This document shows positions 10,101 to 23,515 of a stretch of 64,000 nt of DNA, in pieces. This stretch comes from Nitrospina sp. GTDB lineage: Bacteria > Nitrospinota > Nitrospinia > Nitrospinales > VA-1. Every line of letters begins with the position of its first letter. Within the stretch, counting starts at the first letter, position 1. The notes below the pieces were generated by a model that was not told where the DNA came from, made no database searches, and saw nothing but the letters and a program-made list of their open reading frames with translations. A program made the translations under genes and the position numbers. The stretch spans positions 86,940-150,939 of the forward strand of contig JABHBK010000044.1 in the NCBI GenBank assembly GCA_018673915.1, read 5' to 3'.

Positions 10101-12179
10101 ATGAAATCAAAAACGACTCCTATTCAAAAAACCGTACCCGACCGCCTACAGGGTACCGATGGAATTCGCCGAGAAATCAAAGTAGCAAAAGATTCAGAGT
10201 GTAGAGGATTAACCCCGCTTCAAACCTTTCTTGAAAAGAGCTGGATCACCGAAGAGTTTATGGAACTCTATGTCTACTATTACGTAAAAAACCAGCTCAA
10301 GAAAAAGCCGGCTTTATCAAAAAATAGAACCTTTGTCATTGGCTGGGACCCCAGAGATTCTTCCGGAATATTTACGGATGCGGTAGTTCGAGGAGTCCGT
10401 AAAGCAGGCGGCGAGGCCCTGGTTTTGGGGGTTGTACCCACTCCTTTGGTACCCCTTTTCATGCTCAATGAAGATGCCGCAGGTGGCATCATGGTCACTG
10501 CATCCCACAATCCTAAAGATCAAAACGGGATAAAGCTTTTTCTGCCTTTTCATGGCATGAAGCCATTACCTGCAGACGATGTCGATCTTACTCAAACACT
10601 TTTAAAGCAAAACTTTGGTGCCGTAAAAAAAATCTCACTTGCAGGCAAAAAAACCAATTGCAGGCAAAAGGCCCTGCAGCTATTTAGTAAATTTTCCCTA
10701 ATACCAGAGAACTCCTGGATCGATTCTCCTGATACTTTAAAAGCTCTCATTCTGGTAGTAGACCCAGCTTTCGGAGCACTCAGAGAAATCGCCGCGCAAG
10801 TTTTTCAGGAAGCCGGAGTCGGCAAAGTAATAGAAGTCAATGCAGGAAAAAATGGGGCCGTCAATCTGCGCTCTGGAGTTGCCGACCTGGAAGGGTGCCC
10901 ACGTATTACTGCAGAAATGATTTCGAAACCCACTGGGATTTTCCATTCCCATAAAGCTATCGTCAAACTTTTTGAAATCGGCCGGGCTAACAAAAAATCG
11001 GCGGAGTCAGGAAAGAAAAGAATTGCCGGAGCCATCTTCGATGCAGATGGAGACCGCTTCTTCTGCCTGAAGTACGACCCGTTTCAAGATACATTGTGGG
11101 TTTTAAGCGGAGACGAGACCGCAATTCTGCAAGCACGACATTTGGTATCTCGCTCCCCCGATAAATATCGAGGATCACTTTATATCAACACGGTCGAGAG
11201 CGACCTCAATGCTTCCACCTCTGCCAAATCAATGGGACTAACTCCTCTTCTCACCGCCGTAGGAGATAAATGGATTCTGCTTAAAGTCCACCTGGCCTTG
11301 TTGGAACAAAAACTATTGTCGAAAAAACTTTCATCCCCAAAAAAAAGGGAACTTAAAAATAAAATAGCGCAACTAAAAAAAATTGGCGTGAGAAAGGTGG
11401 GCACACTTCAAAGTCTCGAAGCATCAATCCCCAAAAGCCAGACCACAACAAAAGTTAATTCCGAGGTTTTGGCGGTAGGTAGTGAGGAAACAGGACATAA
11501 CATCACCACCGCTTTATTAACACGCTCCAACAAAGCGGACATGGCAATATATTCTGGAAACGGATTAAAAAGCGCTCTCAACACCTTTTCCGCCACCGAA
11601 TACCTTGCAACAACTTTATCGCCCAAAAGGTTCATGGCAGGAGTTCGCCAACCCTTTTTGCCTGGATTTAAATCCACGCTATATGCATATTATATCTGCC
11701 AAGAGAGGTTTTATAAGGACTCTCAAGTTTGGCGAAAAGTAAAGCAGCTCTTATTTCAAACCACCAAACAATTCGGCTACACCGCCAAAACCCGGAATTT
11801 CCCCGACGATCCAGATATGTTATATATTTCTTTATCAAATGGAAAAGCTGGAGTCTTTGTAAGAAATTCTGGCACCGAAAACAAAATTAGCGTTAACCTG
11901 CGTGGAAGAAAGTCGGATAGCGCAAAGCTCAATAAAATTGGACTTGAGATTCTTAAGCTTTTGCTCTCCCAGCTTAAAGATCGAGACAACCTTTTTTATA
12001 AAATGGAACTATACGTTCTCAGTCAAATTGCTTCCCGACCAATCATTGATGAAGAGTTGGAAATAAAAAACCAATACAGATCCAGACTTATTAATGAAAT
12101 GAGAAAACAGAACCTGATTCAATTGAGTTCCGAAGGAAATCGCATGACTTCTTTGGGAAAATGGTACATAAATCACTAG
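10101..12179 (+). CDS. phosphohexomutase-family protein (GlmM-like motifs, enlarged)
   Basis: All family motifs are present in order: GTDGIR, active-site loop TASHNPKDQNGIK, metal loop FDADGDR, sugar loop GSEETGH, phosphate loop RNSGTENK. At 692 aa it is much longer than typical members of about 450 aa. Confidence 0.85.
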   Translation: MKSKTTPIQKTVPDRLQGTDGIRREIKVAKDSECRGLTPLQTFLEKSWITEEFMELYVYYYVKNQLKKKPALSKNRTFVIGWDPRDSSGIFTDAVVRGVRKAGGEALVLGVVPTPLVPLFMLNEDAAGGIMVTASHNPKDQNGIKLFLPFHGMKPLPADDVDLTQTLLKQNFGAVKKISLAGKKTNCRQKALQLFSKFSLIPENSWIDSPDTLKALILVVDPAFGALREIAAQVFQEAGVGKVIEVNAGKNGAVNLRSGVADLEGCPRITAEMISKPTGIFHSHKAIVKLFEIGRANKKSAESGKKRIAGAIFDADGDRFFCLKYDPFQDTLWVLSGDETAILQARHLVSRSPDKYRGSLYINTVESDLNASTSAKSMGLTPLLTAVGDKWILLKVHLALLEQKLLSKKLSSPKKRELKNKIAQLKKIGVRKVGTLQSLEASIPKSQTTTKVNSEVLAVGSEETGHNITTALLTRSNKADMAIYSGNGLKSALNTFSATEYLATTLSPKRFMAGVRQPFLPGFKSTLYAYYICQERFYKDSQVWRKVKQLLFQTTKQFGYTAKTRNFPDDPDMLYISLSNGKAGVFVRNSGTENKISVNLRGRKSDSAKLNKIGLEILKLLLSQLKDRDNLFYKMELYVLSQIASRPIIDEELEIKNQYRSRLINEMRKQNLIQLSSEGNRMTSLGKWYINH

Positions 12180-12221
12180 CCCACCCAGCGTGGGGCCAGT
12201 AGCGGTAATATTTTTTCTTAA

Positions 12222-12244
12222 CCTTCGTGTCCCGTAGGGGTAAG
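12222..12244 (+). repeat. REP-like hairpin
   Basis: ccttcgtgtcccgtaggggtaag lies in the spacer after the phosphohexomutase-like gene. Confidence 0.6.
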
Positions 12245-12313
12245 TAACTTTTCCTGACTGGAAAAGTATTTGACCCCTGTAACAATAGCGCAAGTTACCA
12301 ACAAAGGTGCTCT

Positions 12314-13111
12314 GTGAAAGATTTAAACTTATTTTTTTCAGATCTGGGCGAACCAGAGATTTTTGCCGATTGCCAATGGGTATGGGAACCTATTAATACG
12401 CTGGGAACCCGTCTGGAGCAATTGTTACGCAATAAAGCGCAGAAAGAATCTTATGCTTCCCATTTGCCGGGGGTAAAGACCACTTTCGATTCTGCCAGCT
12501 ATCACCGTGGCGGAAAAGGACTTTATGTACAGGACTGGATAGATTTAGCCGAACCCGTTTTTTTAAAAGAACTGGACATTTTTATCGGTCGAGGGACACA
12601 GTTGGAACCTTCGGCCATTATCAAGGGTCCCGCCATAATAGGTGAAAATTGCGACATCCGACAAGGTGCCTACATTCGCGGAAATGCACTGATCGGAAAT
12701 CACAGCGTGGTCGGCCATGCAACCGAATTGAAGAACAGTATTCTCATGAACCATACTGAAGCCGGCCATTTCAATTATATCGGTGACAGCATTGTCGGGA
12801 GCCATGTCAATCTGGGAGCAGGATCAAAACTAGCCAACCTACAATTTAGAAGCGCCGATGAAAAGCTCAAAAACTATATCAACCCCATCCAGATCCCTCT
12901 CGACTCTGGAATCGTGGATACCGAAATGGAAAAACTGGGGGCGGTGATCGGTGACAATGTTGAATTGGGTTGTAACTCCATCATCTGCCCTGGCGCACTG
13001 ATAGGAAAAGATGTCTGGGTTTACCCGGGCCTGACAATCCCTAAAGGCTATTATCCGGAGGGAACTTTACTCGTCCCTAAAGACCGCAAACCCCGAACCA
13101 TACGGAAATAA
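12314..13111 (+). CDS. left-handed beta-helix (hexapeptide-repeat) transferase
   Basis: 265 codons with a GTG start. It has a long run of hexapeptide repeats (IIGENCDIRQGAYIRGNALIGNHSVVGHATELKNSILMNHTEAGHFNYIGDSIVGSHVNLGAGS). This resembles the acyltransferase half of GlmU-type enzymes, without a nucleotidyltransferase domain. Confidence 0.75.
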   Translation: MKDLNLFFSDLGEPEIFADCQWVWEPINTLGTRLEQLLRNKAQKESYASHLPGVKTTFDSASYHRGGKGLYVQDWIDLAEPVFLKELDIFIGRGTQLEPSAIIKGPAIIGENCDIRQGAYIRGNALIGNHSVVGHATELKNSILMNHTEAGHFNYIGDSIVGSHVNLGAGSKLANLQFRSADEKLKNYINPIQIPLDSGIVDTEMEKLGAVIGDNVELGCNSIICPGALIGKDVWVYPGLTIPKGYYPEGTLLVPKDRKPRTIRK

Positions 13112-13623
13112 TGGAAGACAACGAATCCGATAACCAAGCCCGGCTCGATGGTTTTTTTGACATGTTTGATTCTGTCGAAGATGATATTGCTGATTTGATT
13201 TCTGATGAAAATGAAAAACCATTGGAAATAGGTGGCTACGAGTGCCTGATCATCGCCTTCAGCAATATGAGTATTTACTGCGAAAATGCTGGGATCCTTT
13301 TAAAACAGATAGAAGATCAATATAAGGAACTGAAAGAATCGCAAGGCAAGGAAGGCTTGGACGCATTTGCCACGCATGAAAATCTGGATGAAAATAACGA
13401 AATCGTCAATTTCTGTAAAATTCTAGAACGGATTGAGGACAGCTTTTCGGCTTTGGAGAAACGGAGCCAAAAAAGTGGGGAAAACTTTGACGAATGGGCC
13501 TGCCTCCTCATTATGTATTCCTATTTGAGGAATTTCTGCGAAAAAGAAGAGGTCGACTTTGATATGCTTCAGAAGGAAATTTCGCGTATTCATTCAGAAA
13601 TGGATAAGGATAAAAACTCTTAA
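13111..13623 (+). CDS. hypothetical acidic protein
   Basis: 170 codons. The ATG overlaps the TAA of the upstream transferase gene (taATGg), which implies translational coupling. No motif recognised. Confidence 0.55.
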   Translation: MEDNESDNQARLDGFFDMFDSVEDDIADLISDENEKPLEIGGYECLIIAFSNMSIYCENAGILLKQIEDQYKELKESQGKEGLDAFATHENLDENNEIVNFCKILERIEDSFSALEKRSQKSGENFDEWACLLIMYSYLRNFCEKEEVDFDMLQKEISRIHSEMDKDKNS

Positions 13624-13766
13624 ATGACCCCGCGATGTTATTTTGCAGAATCCCTACCTATTAGATGATATATTTGTTATGGTGCTTGTCTGCGTGCTCA
13701 CCCCTTTTAATACAGTTAAAAAATCCGGATAAAAGGAAATACCAGGCGCTTAATTTAATACTCAAT

Positions 13767-13849
13767 GCGGATGTGGCGGAACTGGCAGACGCGCTGGATT
13801 TAGGATCCAGTGGGCAACCGTGGGGGTTCGACTCCCTCCATCCGCACCA
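13767..13849 (+). tRNA. tRNA-Leu (anticodon TAG), CCA encoded
   Basis: Acceptor stem gcggatg/catccgc. Anticodon arm ctgga-ttTAGga-tccag. Long variable arm. T-loop ggttcgactcc. Ends with a discriminator A plus CCA. Confidence 0.93.
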
Positions 13850-13973
13850 CCTTCCCAGGTGGGGGGAGTTTGCTAAGGCCCTGCAAAAGGGGTAAAACAG
13901 TAAGAACTGATTGGGTCCGGCAACATGCGGGCCAGCGGGGGTTCTCCGCCAATCTTTAAACTTGTGGAAATTT

Positions 13974-15332
13974 ATGAAAATCGAGATCGAAGACGTCGAT
14001 TCCTGTAACAAAAAAATCAAATTTGAAATTCCATTTCAGGAATACGATCAAAAGGTAAAACAGTATTATCAGAGACTTGGAAAAGAGGTTAAAGTTCCCG
14101 GATTCCGACCTGGCAAGATACCCATTGCCCTGCTGGAAAAAAAGTTTGGCCCGGATGTTAAAAAAGAAGTTCTGAGCAATCTGGTTAGCGACCAACTCAA
14201 TAACGCCATTGTAGAAAAAGACCTGCGAGCAGTAGGCCAGCCACATCTCCTAGAGGTCAACGCTGAAGAAGGAACAGATATTTCTGTTTCCGCTTCCGTC
14301 GAAGTGCTGCCAACCGTAGAACTGCAGGATTACTCGGGGATTGAACTGGAAATGAAAACCCCGCGGGTCACCGAGGAAGATATCGACCAGTCCATTGAGG
14401 CAATTCGTCAACGTAAGGCAGAAACAATCACTGTGACCGACCGGCCTGCCCAGGAAAAGGATTTACTCAAAATTGACTTTACCAGCAAACTTGGCGATGA
14501 ACCCTTTGAAGGCGGCTCCGCAAAGGATCAGATCATCCAGGCAGGAGGAGGGCAATTGGTTGAAGGGTTGGACAAGGGCATGATTGGAATGGAAGTCGGT
14601 GAAACTCGAGACATTCAAGTGCAGATTCCCGACGATTACCACAACAAGGAAATCGCTGGAAAGGACGTTGACTTCCAAATTGTACTGAAAGGAATTCAGG
14701 AGCAAAAATTACCCGACCTGGACGATGAGTTTGCCCGCAATGTAGAAGACAAAAACTATGAGAGTCTGGACGATATGAAACAGAAAGTCCGCTCCGAACT
14801 TGAAGAGTTTGAGCATAAGGAAGCCCGTAAAGCGATTAAACAGAGCCTGGCGACAAAAATTACCGAACAGAATCAGGTAGACCTCCCAGAAGGGCTTTTG
14901 AAGGAACAGGTCAAATTTATGGTCGAGCAGGCCCGAAAAAAAGAAGGCAAAGCAACGGGTCAGACCCAGCATGATCATGATCATGGACACGACCATGAGC
15001 ACGATCATGAAATTGAGGTGACTCCTGAAATGCTCCAACAATATCGCGAACCCGCTATGAAAGCCCTGCAGGAAGAACTGGTTCTCGACCAGCTGGCCCG
15101 TGATTTAAAGTCGGAAGTCACGCAGGAAGAACTAGAAAAAGAGGTGCAAAACATGTCCCAATTACTGGGCGGGGGTAACCTGCAACAGATTAAACGGGAA
15201 TGGGAAAAAAATGGGATTCTGGCCCGTCTTCACAGTCGTATGAAGCGAGACAAAACCATTGACGCCGCACTGGAAAAGGTAACCATCAAAGAAGAAAAAG
15301 TTGACAGGAAAGATTTAATTGCTGATAATTAA
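13974..15332 (+). CDS. tig: trigger factor
   Basis: MKIEIEDVDSCNKKIKFEIP... has the typical trigger-factor N-terminus and the FRPGKIP motif, and it precedes clpP-clpX-lon. The ORF-track start at 13911 adds 21 unlikely codons next to the tRNA, so I chose the ATG at 13974. Confidence 0.92.
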   Translation: MKIEIEDVDSCNKKIKFEIPFQEYDQKVKQYYQRLGKEVKVPGFRPGKIPIALLEKKFGPDVKKEVLSNLVSDQLNNAIVEKDLRAVGQPHLLEVNAEEGTDISVSASVEVLPTVELQDYSGIELEMKTPRVTEEDIDQSIEAIRQRKAETITVTDRPAQEKDLLKIDFTSKLGDEPFEGGSAKDQIIQAGGGQLVEGLDKGMIGMEVGETRDIQVQIPDDYHNKEIAGKDVDFQIVLKGIQEQKLPDLDDEFARNVEDKNYESLDDMKQKVRSELEEFEHKEARKAIKQSLATKITEQNQVDLPEGLLKEQVKFMVEQARKKEGKATGQTQHDHDHGHDHEHDHEIEVTPEMLQQYREPAMKALQEELVLDQLARDLKSEVTQEELEKEVQNMSQLLGGGNLQQIKREWEKNGILARLHSRMKRDKTIDAALEKVTIKEEKVDRKDLIADN

Positions 15333-15455
15333 AACTCAACCATTACAAAGATATCTAATTATTTTTTAATGACTTACAAGCCGAAAACTCTTTCGAAAAT
15401 GTAACAGGATTCAGAAAGAAGTTTTTCCTTACCCCATATTAATCTAGAGAAAACC

Positions 15456-16091
15456 ATGACCGAAACTTATAACCAGTTAGTGCCTATTGTTGTCGAACAA
15501 ACTAGTCGAGGCGAGAGATCCTATGACATTTATTCTCGCCTTCTGAAAGACCGAATCATATTTATAGGAAGCCAAATTGAAGATCATATGGCTAACCTGA
15601 TCATTGCTCAGTTGCTGTTTCTCGAATCGGATGAACCCGATCAGGATATCTATCTTTATATTAACAGCCCAGGCGGCCAGGTCAGTTCCGGAATGGCTAT
15701 CTATGACACCATGCAATATATCAAACCCGATGTTCAAACCATCTGTATCGGCCAGGCAGCCAGCATGGGTGCTCTGCTCCTTACCGCTGGCGCACCGAAA
15801 AAACGGTTTTCTCTTCCGCATGCACGCATCATGATCCATCAGCCGAGTGGTGGTTTTCAAGGACAACATACTGACATTGAAATCCAGGCTAAAGAAATCA
15901 CCAGAATCCGTTCGATTCTGGATGGCATCATGGCCAAGCATTCAGGTAAAGATGTTGCCCAGGTTAACAAAGATACTGAAAGAGATCACTATATGACTGG
16001 CGAAGAAGCCAAGACTTATGGTCTCATTGATAGCGTGATCAGTGATAGAAGTGAACCCATGAAGGGTGAAAAGAGCAAAAAGAAAAGCTAA
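15456..16091 (+). CDS. clpP: ATP-dependent Clp protease proteolytic subunit
   Basis: [28 protein letters not shown]; active-site context [11 protein letters not shown]; MIHQP. Confidence 0.97.
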   Translation: MTETYNQLVPIVVEQTSRGERSYDIYSRLLKDRIIFIGSQIEDHMANLIIAQLLFLESDEPDQDIYLYINSPGGQVSSGMAIYDTMQYIKPDVQTICIGQAASMGALLLTAGAPKKRFSLPHARIMIHQPSGGFQGQHTDIEIQAKEITRIRSILDGIMAKHSGKDVAQVNKDTERDHYMTGEEAKTYGLIDSVISDRSEPMKGEKSKKKS

Positions 16092-16138
16092 TTAGTATCG
16101 CATAAGCGTTCAATTCCAACCCCTTTGAAGAGGGCTTT

Positions 16139-17386
16139 ATGGCAAAGAAAACTGCAACCACCGGAAATTACCGTTGTTCTTTCTGTGGCAAAAGCCAGGA
16201 AGAAGTTAAAAAACTAATTGCCGGACCCAGCGTCTACATCTGTGACGAATGTATTGAGCTGTGCAATGAAATCATGGTGGAGGAGTGGGCCCAGGAAAAG
16301 GGCGAAGACTTCCAACATCTTCTTAAGCCTCATGATTTATACAAGCACCTCGATCAATATATTATTGGGCAAGAACGTTGCAAAAAAATCCTTTCTGTTG
16401 CCGTTCATAACCACTTTAAAAGAGTCGACTCCAACACGGATATGGGAGAGGTAGAACTTCAAAAGAGCAATGTGCTTTTGATCGGCCCTACCGGATCAGG
16501 AAAAACTCTCATGGCTCAGACCCTGGCCCGAATCCTTGATGTTCCCTTCACTATTGTGGATGCGACCACCTTGACGGAAGCCGGTTATGTCGGAGAGGAT
16601 GTTGAAAACATCATATTGAAACTCCTGCAAAGTGCTGACTACGATGTTGAAAAAGCCGAGCGCGGAATTATCTATATCGATGAAGTCGATAAGATTTCGC
16701 GGAAGTCAGAAAATCCCTCAATCACGCGTGATGTTTCCGGTGAAGGTGTGCAACAGGCACTTTTGAAAATAATTGAAGGCACTACAGCCAGCGTCCCTCC
16801 GCAGGGAGGCCGAAAGCACCCGCACCAGGAATTTCTTCAAGTCAACACCACCAATATCCTTTTTATCTGTGGCGGTGCATTTGTAGGACTGGACTCGTTG
16901 ATTCGCAATCGCATTGGCAAAAAAACCCTGGGATTTGGTCAGAAAATCGTTTCAAAAAAAGAAATCGACAAGGAAGATGCCCTGGAAAAGGTACAACCGG
17001 AAGACCTGCTCAAGTATGGGCTCATCCCGGAATTTGTCGGGCGTTTTTCAGGAATCGCCACGCTTAAGGAATTGACCATTGATGCAATGATAAAAGTCTT
17101 AACCGAACCCAAGAATGCCTTGGTCAAGCAATACAAAAAACTCTTTGAGTTTGAAAATGCCAAGCTCAAATTTACGGATGGTGCCGTCAAAGCCATTGCC
17201 GAAAAAGCTTCCGAACGCAAAACAGGAGCAAGGGGTCTTCGCGCCGTTTTAGAAGAGACTATGCTCGAAATCATGTTTGATCTCCCTTCCAAGAAAGACG
17301 TGGAAGAAGTGGTTATCAATGAAGAAGTAGTCCTCAAAGGCGAAAAACCCATGTTGGTTTACGAAAACAAGAAACAGGCTAGTTAA
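16139..17386 (+). CDS. clpX: ATP-dependent Clp protease ATP-binding subunit ClpX
   Basis: N-terminal zinc finger CSFCGK...CDECIE; Walker A GPTGSGKT; IYIDEVDKI. Confidence 0.97.
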   Translation: MAKKTATTGNYRCSFCGKSQEEVKKLIAGPSVYICDECIELCNEIMVEEWAQEKGEDFQHLLKPHDLYKHLDQYIIGQERCKKILSVAVHNHFKRVDSNTDMGEVELQKSNVLLIGPTGSGKTLMAQTLARILDVPFTIVDATTLTEAGYVGEDVENIILKLLQSADYDVEKAERGIIYIDEVDKISRKSENPSITRDVSGEGVQQALLKIIEGTTASVPPQGGRKHPHQEFLQVNTTNILFICGGAFVGLDSLIRNRIGKKTLGFGQKIVSKKEIDKEDALEKVQPEDLLKYGLIPEFVGRFSGIATLKELTIDAMIKVLTEPKNALVKQYKKLFEFENAKLKFTDGAVKAIAEKASERKTGARGLRAVLEETMLEIMFDLPSKKDVEEVVINEEVVLKGEKPMLVYENKKQAS

Positions 17387-17390
17387 AATC

Positions 17391-19796
17391 ATGGGTTCAG
17401 AAAAAATCGCGTTACCGCTCCTACCCTTAAGGGATATTATTGTCTTCCCTTTCATGGTACTTCCCCTGTTCGTGGGTAGAGAAAAATCCATCCTGGCCCT
17501 GGAAAAATCCATGGCCGAACAAAAAAGCATCTTCCTCTCCGCTCAACGCAATCCCAACAATAACGAACCGCAACCCTCAGATATTTACGAAACGGGTACG
17601 GTGGCAAATATTCTCCAGATCCTCAAACTGACAGATGGAACCATGAAGGTTCTGGTGGAAGGTTTGCAAAGAGGGCGGATTGAATCTTTCGTCGATAACC
17701 CGGACTATTTTGAGGTTGAAGTCAGCCGTATTCATGAAAATGATCAAATGACTCCGGATGTTAAGGCATTGATGCGCAGTGTGGGAACGGTATTTGAACA
17801 ATATGTAAAGTTGAATCAAAAAATTCCTCTGGAAGCCGTGGCCGCCAGCACCAATATTCTGGAACCGCACCGCTATGCCGATACCATTGCCGCCTATATG
17901 GTTTTTCAAACCCAGGAAAAGCAGGAATTGCTTGAAACCTTGAATCCGGCAGACCGGTTGAACAAGCTTCTGGGTATTCTCAAGTCAGAGATGGAAGTCC
18001 TTAAAATTGAAAAACGCGTTCATGGCAGAGTACGAAAACAAATGGAACGCAGTCAAAAAGAGTTCTATCTCAACGAACAGATCAAGGCCATCCAAAAAGA
18101 ACTGGGCAAACGCGATGAGTTCAAATCCGACATGGATGAACTCAAGCAAAAAATTAAAAAAGCAAAAATGCCCAAGGAGATTCACGAAAAAGCCACCAAA
18201 GAATTGAAGCGGCTGGAACTCATGCAGCCCATGTCCGCTGAGGCAACGGTTGCGCGCACCTATATCGAATGGCTTGCCGATCTGCCTTGGAAAAAAGGAG
18301 CCGGAGCGGAAAAAATAAAAATTGCCGAAGCCCAGAAAATCCTGGACAAAGACCATTACGGATTAGAAAAAGTCAAAGAGCGAATCACCGAACATCTTGC
18401 GGTGATGAAACTGGTCAAAAAAATCAGAGGTCCCATTCTTTGCCTCGTAGGCCCTCCGGGTGTAGGTAAAACTTCGTTGGGGCAATCCATCGGCAAGGCC
18501 ATGGGTAGAAAATTTATTCGCATCTCCTTGGGGGGTGTAAGGGATGAAGCAGAAATCCGGGGCCATCGTAGGACCTACATCGGAGCTTTACCGGGGAAAA
18601 TCATTCAAGGCATCAAAAAGGCCGGGGTTCACAATCCAGTTTTCATGCTCGATGAAATCGACAAAATGAATGCGGATTTTCGAGGCGACCCTTCCTCCGC
18701 TTTATTGGAGGTTCTCGATCCAGAACAAAACTCCAGTTTCAACGACCATTATCTGGAAGTCGATTACGACCTTTCCAATGTTCTTTTTATCTGCACCGCC
18801 AATGTCCTGCACTCCATCCCACAACCCCTGCTGGACCGAATGGAAGTGCTTCGCCTGCCCGGTTATACCGATCAGGAAAAAATGGGCATCGCCAAAAGTT
18901 TTCTCGTACCCAAAAAGGTACCTGAACACGGCTTGACCAAGAAAAATATAGAAATTACCGACAAAGCCCTGGATAGCATTATCCATAACTTCACCCGTGA
19001 AGCGGGGGTAAGAAACCTGGAACGGGAAATTGCCACACTCTGTAGAAAAGTGGTTAAAACCGTAGTTGAAAAAGGCAAGAAAACCAGCGTTAAAATCACC
19101 CCGGCCGTTTTAGAAAAGTATCTGGGTATCCCAAAATTCAAAAGAGCCGAAAACGAAGGCCCTCTGGAAATTGGCACCGCAACCGGCCTGGCATGGACAG
19201 AGTTTGGCGGCGAAACCCTCGCTATAGAAGTCTCCGTGGTTTCAGGCAACGGGAAACTGGTACCCACCGGACAACTCGGGGATGTGATGAAGGAATCGGC
19301 GCAAGCAGCCATGACCTATGTCCGCTCACGCGCTACGGACTTGGGACTGCCCAAAAATTTCTATCAGAAAAATGATTTTCACATTCATATTCCCGAAGGT
19401 GCCGTCCCAAAAGATGGCCCGTCAGCCGGAATCACCATGGCGGTCGCACTGGTCTCTGCATTGACCAAAACTCCGTTGCGCCCCGATCTAGCTATGACCG
19501 GAGAACTAACCCTGACCGGGAAAGTCCTGCCCATTGGCGGGCTGAAAGAAAAAGTTTTAGCAGCACACCGGTTCGGCATCACCAATCTGATTATCCCCAT
19601 CGAAAACGAAAAAGATATCCCCGACATTCCAGAAAATGTCAGTAAGAACATCGAGTTTCATCCTGCCACCACCATGGATGATGTGATCAAACACTCATTC
19701 CACAAAAAGTTCAAAATCAAGAAAAAACCCGCCAAAGCAAAAGCCAAAAAAACAACCAAAGCTTCCAGCAAACAACCCGGCCTCCGCCTAAACTAG
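17391..19796 (+). CDS. lon: Lon protease
   Basis: [23 protein letters not shown]; Walker [10 protein letters not shown]; catalytic [11 protein letters not shown]. It carries a Lys-rich C-terminal tail ([19 protein letters not shown]). Confidence 0.97.
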   Translation: MGSEKIALPLLPLRDIIVFPFMVLPLFVGREKSILALEKSMAEQKSIFLSAQRNPNNNEPQPSDIYETGTVANILQILKLTDGTMKVLVEGLQRGRIESFVDNPDYFEVEVSRIHENDQMTPDVKALMRSVGTVFEQYVKLNQKIPLEAVAASTNILEPHRYADTIAAYMVFQTQEKQELLETLNPADRLNKLLGILKSEMEVLKIEKRVHGRVRKQMERSQKEFYLNEQIKAIQKELGKRDEFKSDMDELKQKIKKAKMPKEIHEKATKELKRLELMQPMSAEATVARTYIEWLADLPWKKGAGAEKIKIAEAQKILDKDHYGLEKVKERITEHLAVMKLVKKIRGPILCLVGPPGVGKTSLGQSIGKAMGRKFIRISLGGVRDEAEIRGHRRTYIGALPGKIIQGIKKAGVHNPVFMLDEIDKMNADFRGDPSSALLEVLDPEQNSSFNDHYLEVDYDLSNVLFICTANVLHSIPQPLLDRMEVLRLPGYTDQEKMGIAKSFLVPKKVPEHGLTKKNIEITDKALDSIIHNFTREAGVRNLEREIATLCRKVVKTVVEKGKKTSVKITPAVLEKYLGIPKFKRAENEGPLEIGTATGLAWTEFGGETLAIEVSVVSGNGKLVPTGQLGDVMKESAQAAMTYVRSRATDLGLPKNFYQKNDFHIHIPEGAVPKDGPSAGITMAVALVSALTKTPLRPDLAMTGELTLTGKVLPIGGLKEKVLAAHRFGITNLIIPIENEKDIPDIPENVSKNIEFHPATTMDDVIKHSFHKKFKIKKKPAKAKAKKTTKASSKQPGLRLN

Positions 19797-19827
19797 TCGG
19801 GCTGGCCCGACAGCCAATGGAACAGCG

Positions 19828-19849
19828 ATACCCTTTCAGGGCACGAATG
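19828..19849 (-). repeat. REP-like hairpin (TTCGTGCCC-loop-GGGTA family)
   Basis: Minus strand reads cattcgtgccctgaaagggtat. Same family as 12222, 34253, 35737, 38289, 60810 and 60873. Confidence 0.6.
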
Positions 19850-19961
19850 CCAGGGAAGAGGATATAATATAGGCCCGGAACGGGTACTTTGAGAAAGAGG
19901 GATATCCTTCGGCAAGCTCAGGGTGACAAAGGAAAAACCTACTGGTGGTCAATCCCCCCCA

Positions 19962-19987
19962 CCCTCTTTGATAAAGAGGGGTTTTTT
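19962..19987 (+). terminator. intrinsic terminator candidate downstream of lon
   Basis: ccctcttt-gat-aaagaggg hairpin followed by g and tttttt. Confidence 0.55.
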
Positions 19988-19994
19988 ATTTGAG

Positions 19995-20010
19995 CCAAGC
20001 GTCACGCTAG
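19995..20010. repeat. palindromic module related to CCAGCGTGACGCTGG
   Basis: ccaagcgtcacgctag. Its reverse complement ctagcgtgacgcttgg resembles the 21-mer found at 49870 and 55330. Confidence 0.5.
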
Positions 20011-20013
20011 TAG

Positions 20014-22607
<2,594 letters not shown>

Positions 22608-22612
22608 GATAA

Positions 22613-23395
22613 TTATAAATCGACCATGCCGTCCAGTGGACTGCTGGCGGAGGCATAAAGTTTTTTCGGGATGCGCCCGGCTTCATAAGCCATTCGACCG
22701 CACTCAACCGCCATTTTCATAGCCTGCGCCATTTTTAATGGATCCTTGGCACCCGCGATGGCGGTGTTCATCAAAATTCCTGAAACTCCCAATTCCATGG
22801 CGCGGCTGGCATCGGAGGCAGTGCCTACCCCGGCATCGATAATGACCGGGATCTTTACTGCTTCCAAAATCAGCTTGATGTTATAAGGATTGCGAATGCC
22901 AAGACCAGAGCCAATGGGAGCGGCCAGTGGCATAACGGCGGTGCAACCAATGGCTTCGAGCTTTTTACAGAGGACGACATCGTCCGTGCAATAAGGCAGT
23001 ACATGGAAGCCGTCCCTGACCAGCAGTTTGGAGGCTTCGAGCGTTGCTTCGTTATCCGGGAAAAGGGTTTTTTCATCACCGATGACTTCCACTTTGACAA
23101 TGTTTCCCAGTCCGGCTTCCCGAGCCAATTCGCAGGTCATTACCGCATCTTTCACCGAATAGCACCCTGCCGTATTAGGCAAAAATGTATACCGTTTTGG
23201 GTCGAGATGATTGAGTATGGAGTCTTTATTTTTATCTAACTCAATACGACGGACGGCAACCGTTACCATTTCGGCACCGGAGATTTCAATAGCCTGTCGA
23301 GTTTCATCAAAAGATTTATATTTCCCGGTTCCCACAATCAGCCTGGACTTAAAGGTCTTGTCGCCGATTTTCATGAATTCTTTTTTTGTGTCCAT
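22613..23395 (-). CDS. thiG: thiazole synthase
   Basis: [12 protein letters not shown]...MVTVAVRR...LPNTAGC...[13 protein letters not shown]...[13 protein letters not shown]. Confidence 0.95.
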   Translation of the reverse strand: MDTKKEFMKIGDKTFKSRLIVGTGKYKSFDETRQAIEISGAEMVTVAVRRIELDKNKDSILNHLDPKRYTFLPNTAGCYSVKDAVMTCELAREAGLGNIVKVEVIGDEKTLFPDNEATLEASKLLVRDGFHVLPYCTDDVVLCKKLEAIGCTAVMPLAAPIGSGLGIRNPYNIKLILEAVKIPVIIDAGVGTASDASRAMELGVSGILMNTAIAGAKDPLKMAQAMKMAVECGRMAYEAGRIPKKLYASASSPLDGMVDL

Positions 23396-23455
23396 TGTGA
23401 TCTAGTCGTCCTGAAAAATGTTGAGTCAAGATGGAAAAGCAACCCCCTCTAATCC

Positions 23456-23469
23456 CCCTCATCAGAGGG
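23456..23469. repeat. CCCTC-NNNN-GAGGG hairpin module
   Basis: ccctcatcagaggg lies in the 120-nt thiS-thiG spacer. Confidence 0.6.
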
Positions 23470-23515
23470 AGGCTAGGGAGGTTAAACATATATCCCTTTA
23501 ATAGAAGAACACCTG

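Noticed and set aside
13661-14020. ORFs 13661-14020 (-) and 13665-13895 (+) from the ORF track.
   Set aside because: Both overlap the well-formed tRNA-Leu(TAG) gene and the tig start region, so they are spurious.
23456-23469. The minus-strand string ctgatgag (and ctgacgag at 49910-49917) as possible hammerhead ribozyme cores.
   Set aside because: In both cases the string is just part of a simple CCCTC/GAGGG-type hairpin or unstructured spacer. I could not find the required GAAA box or a three-helix junction with a cleavage-site context.
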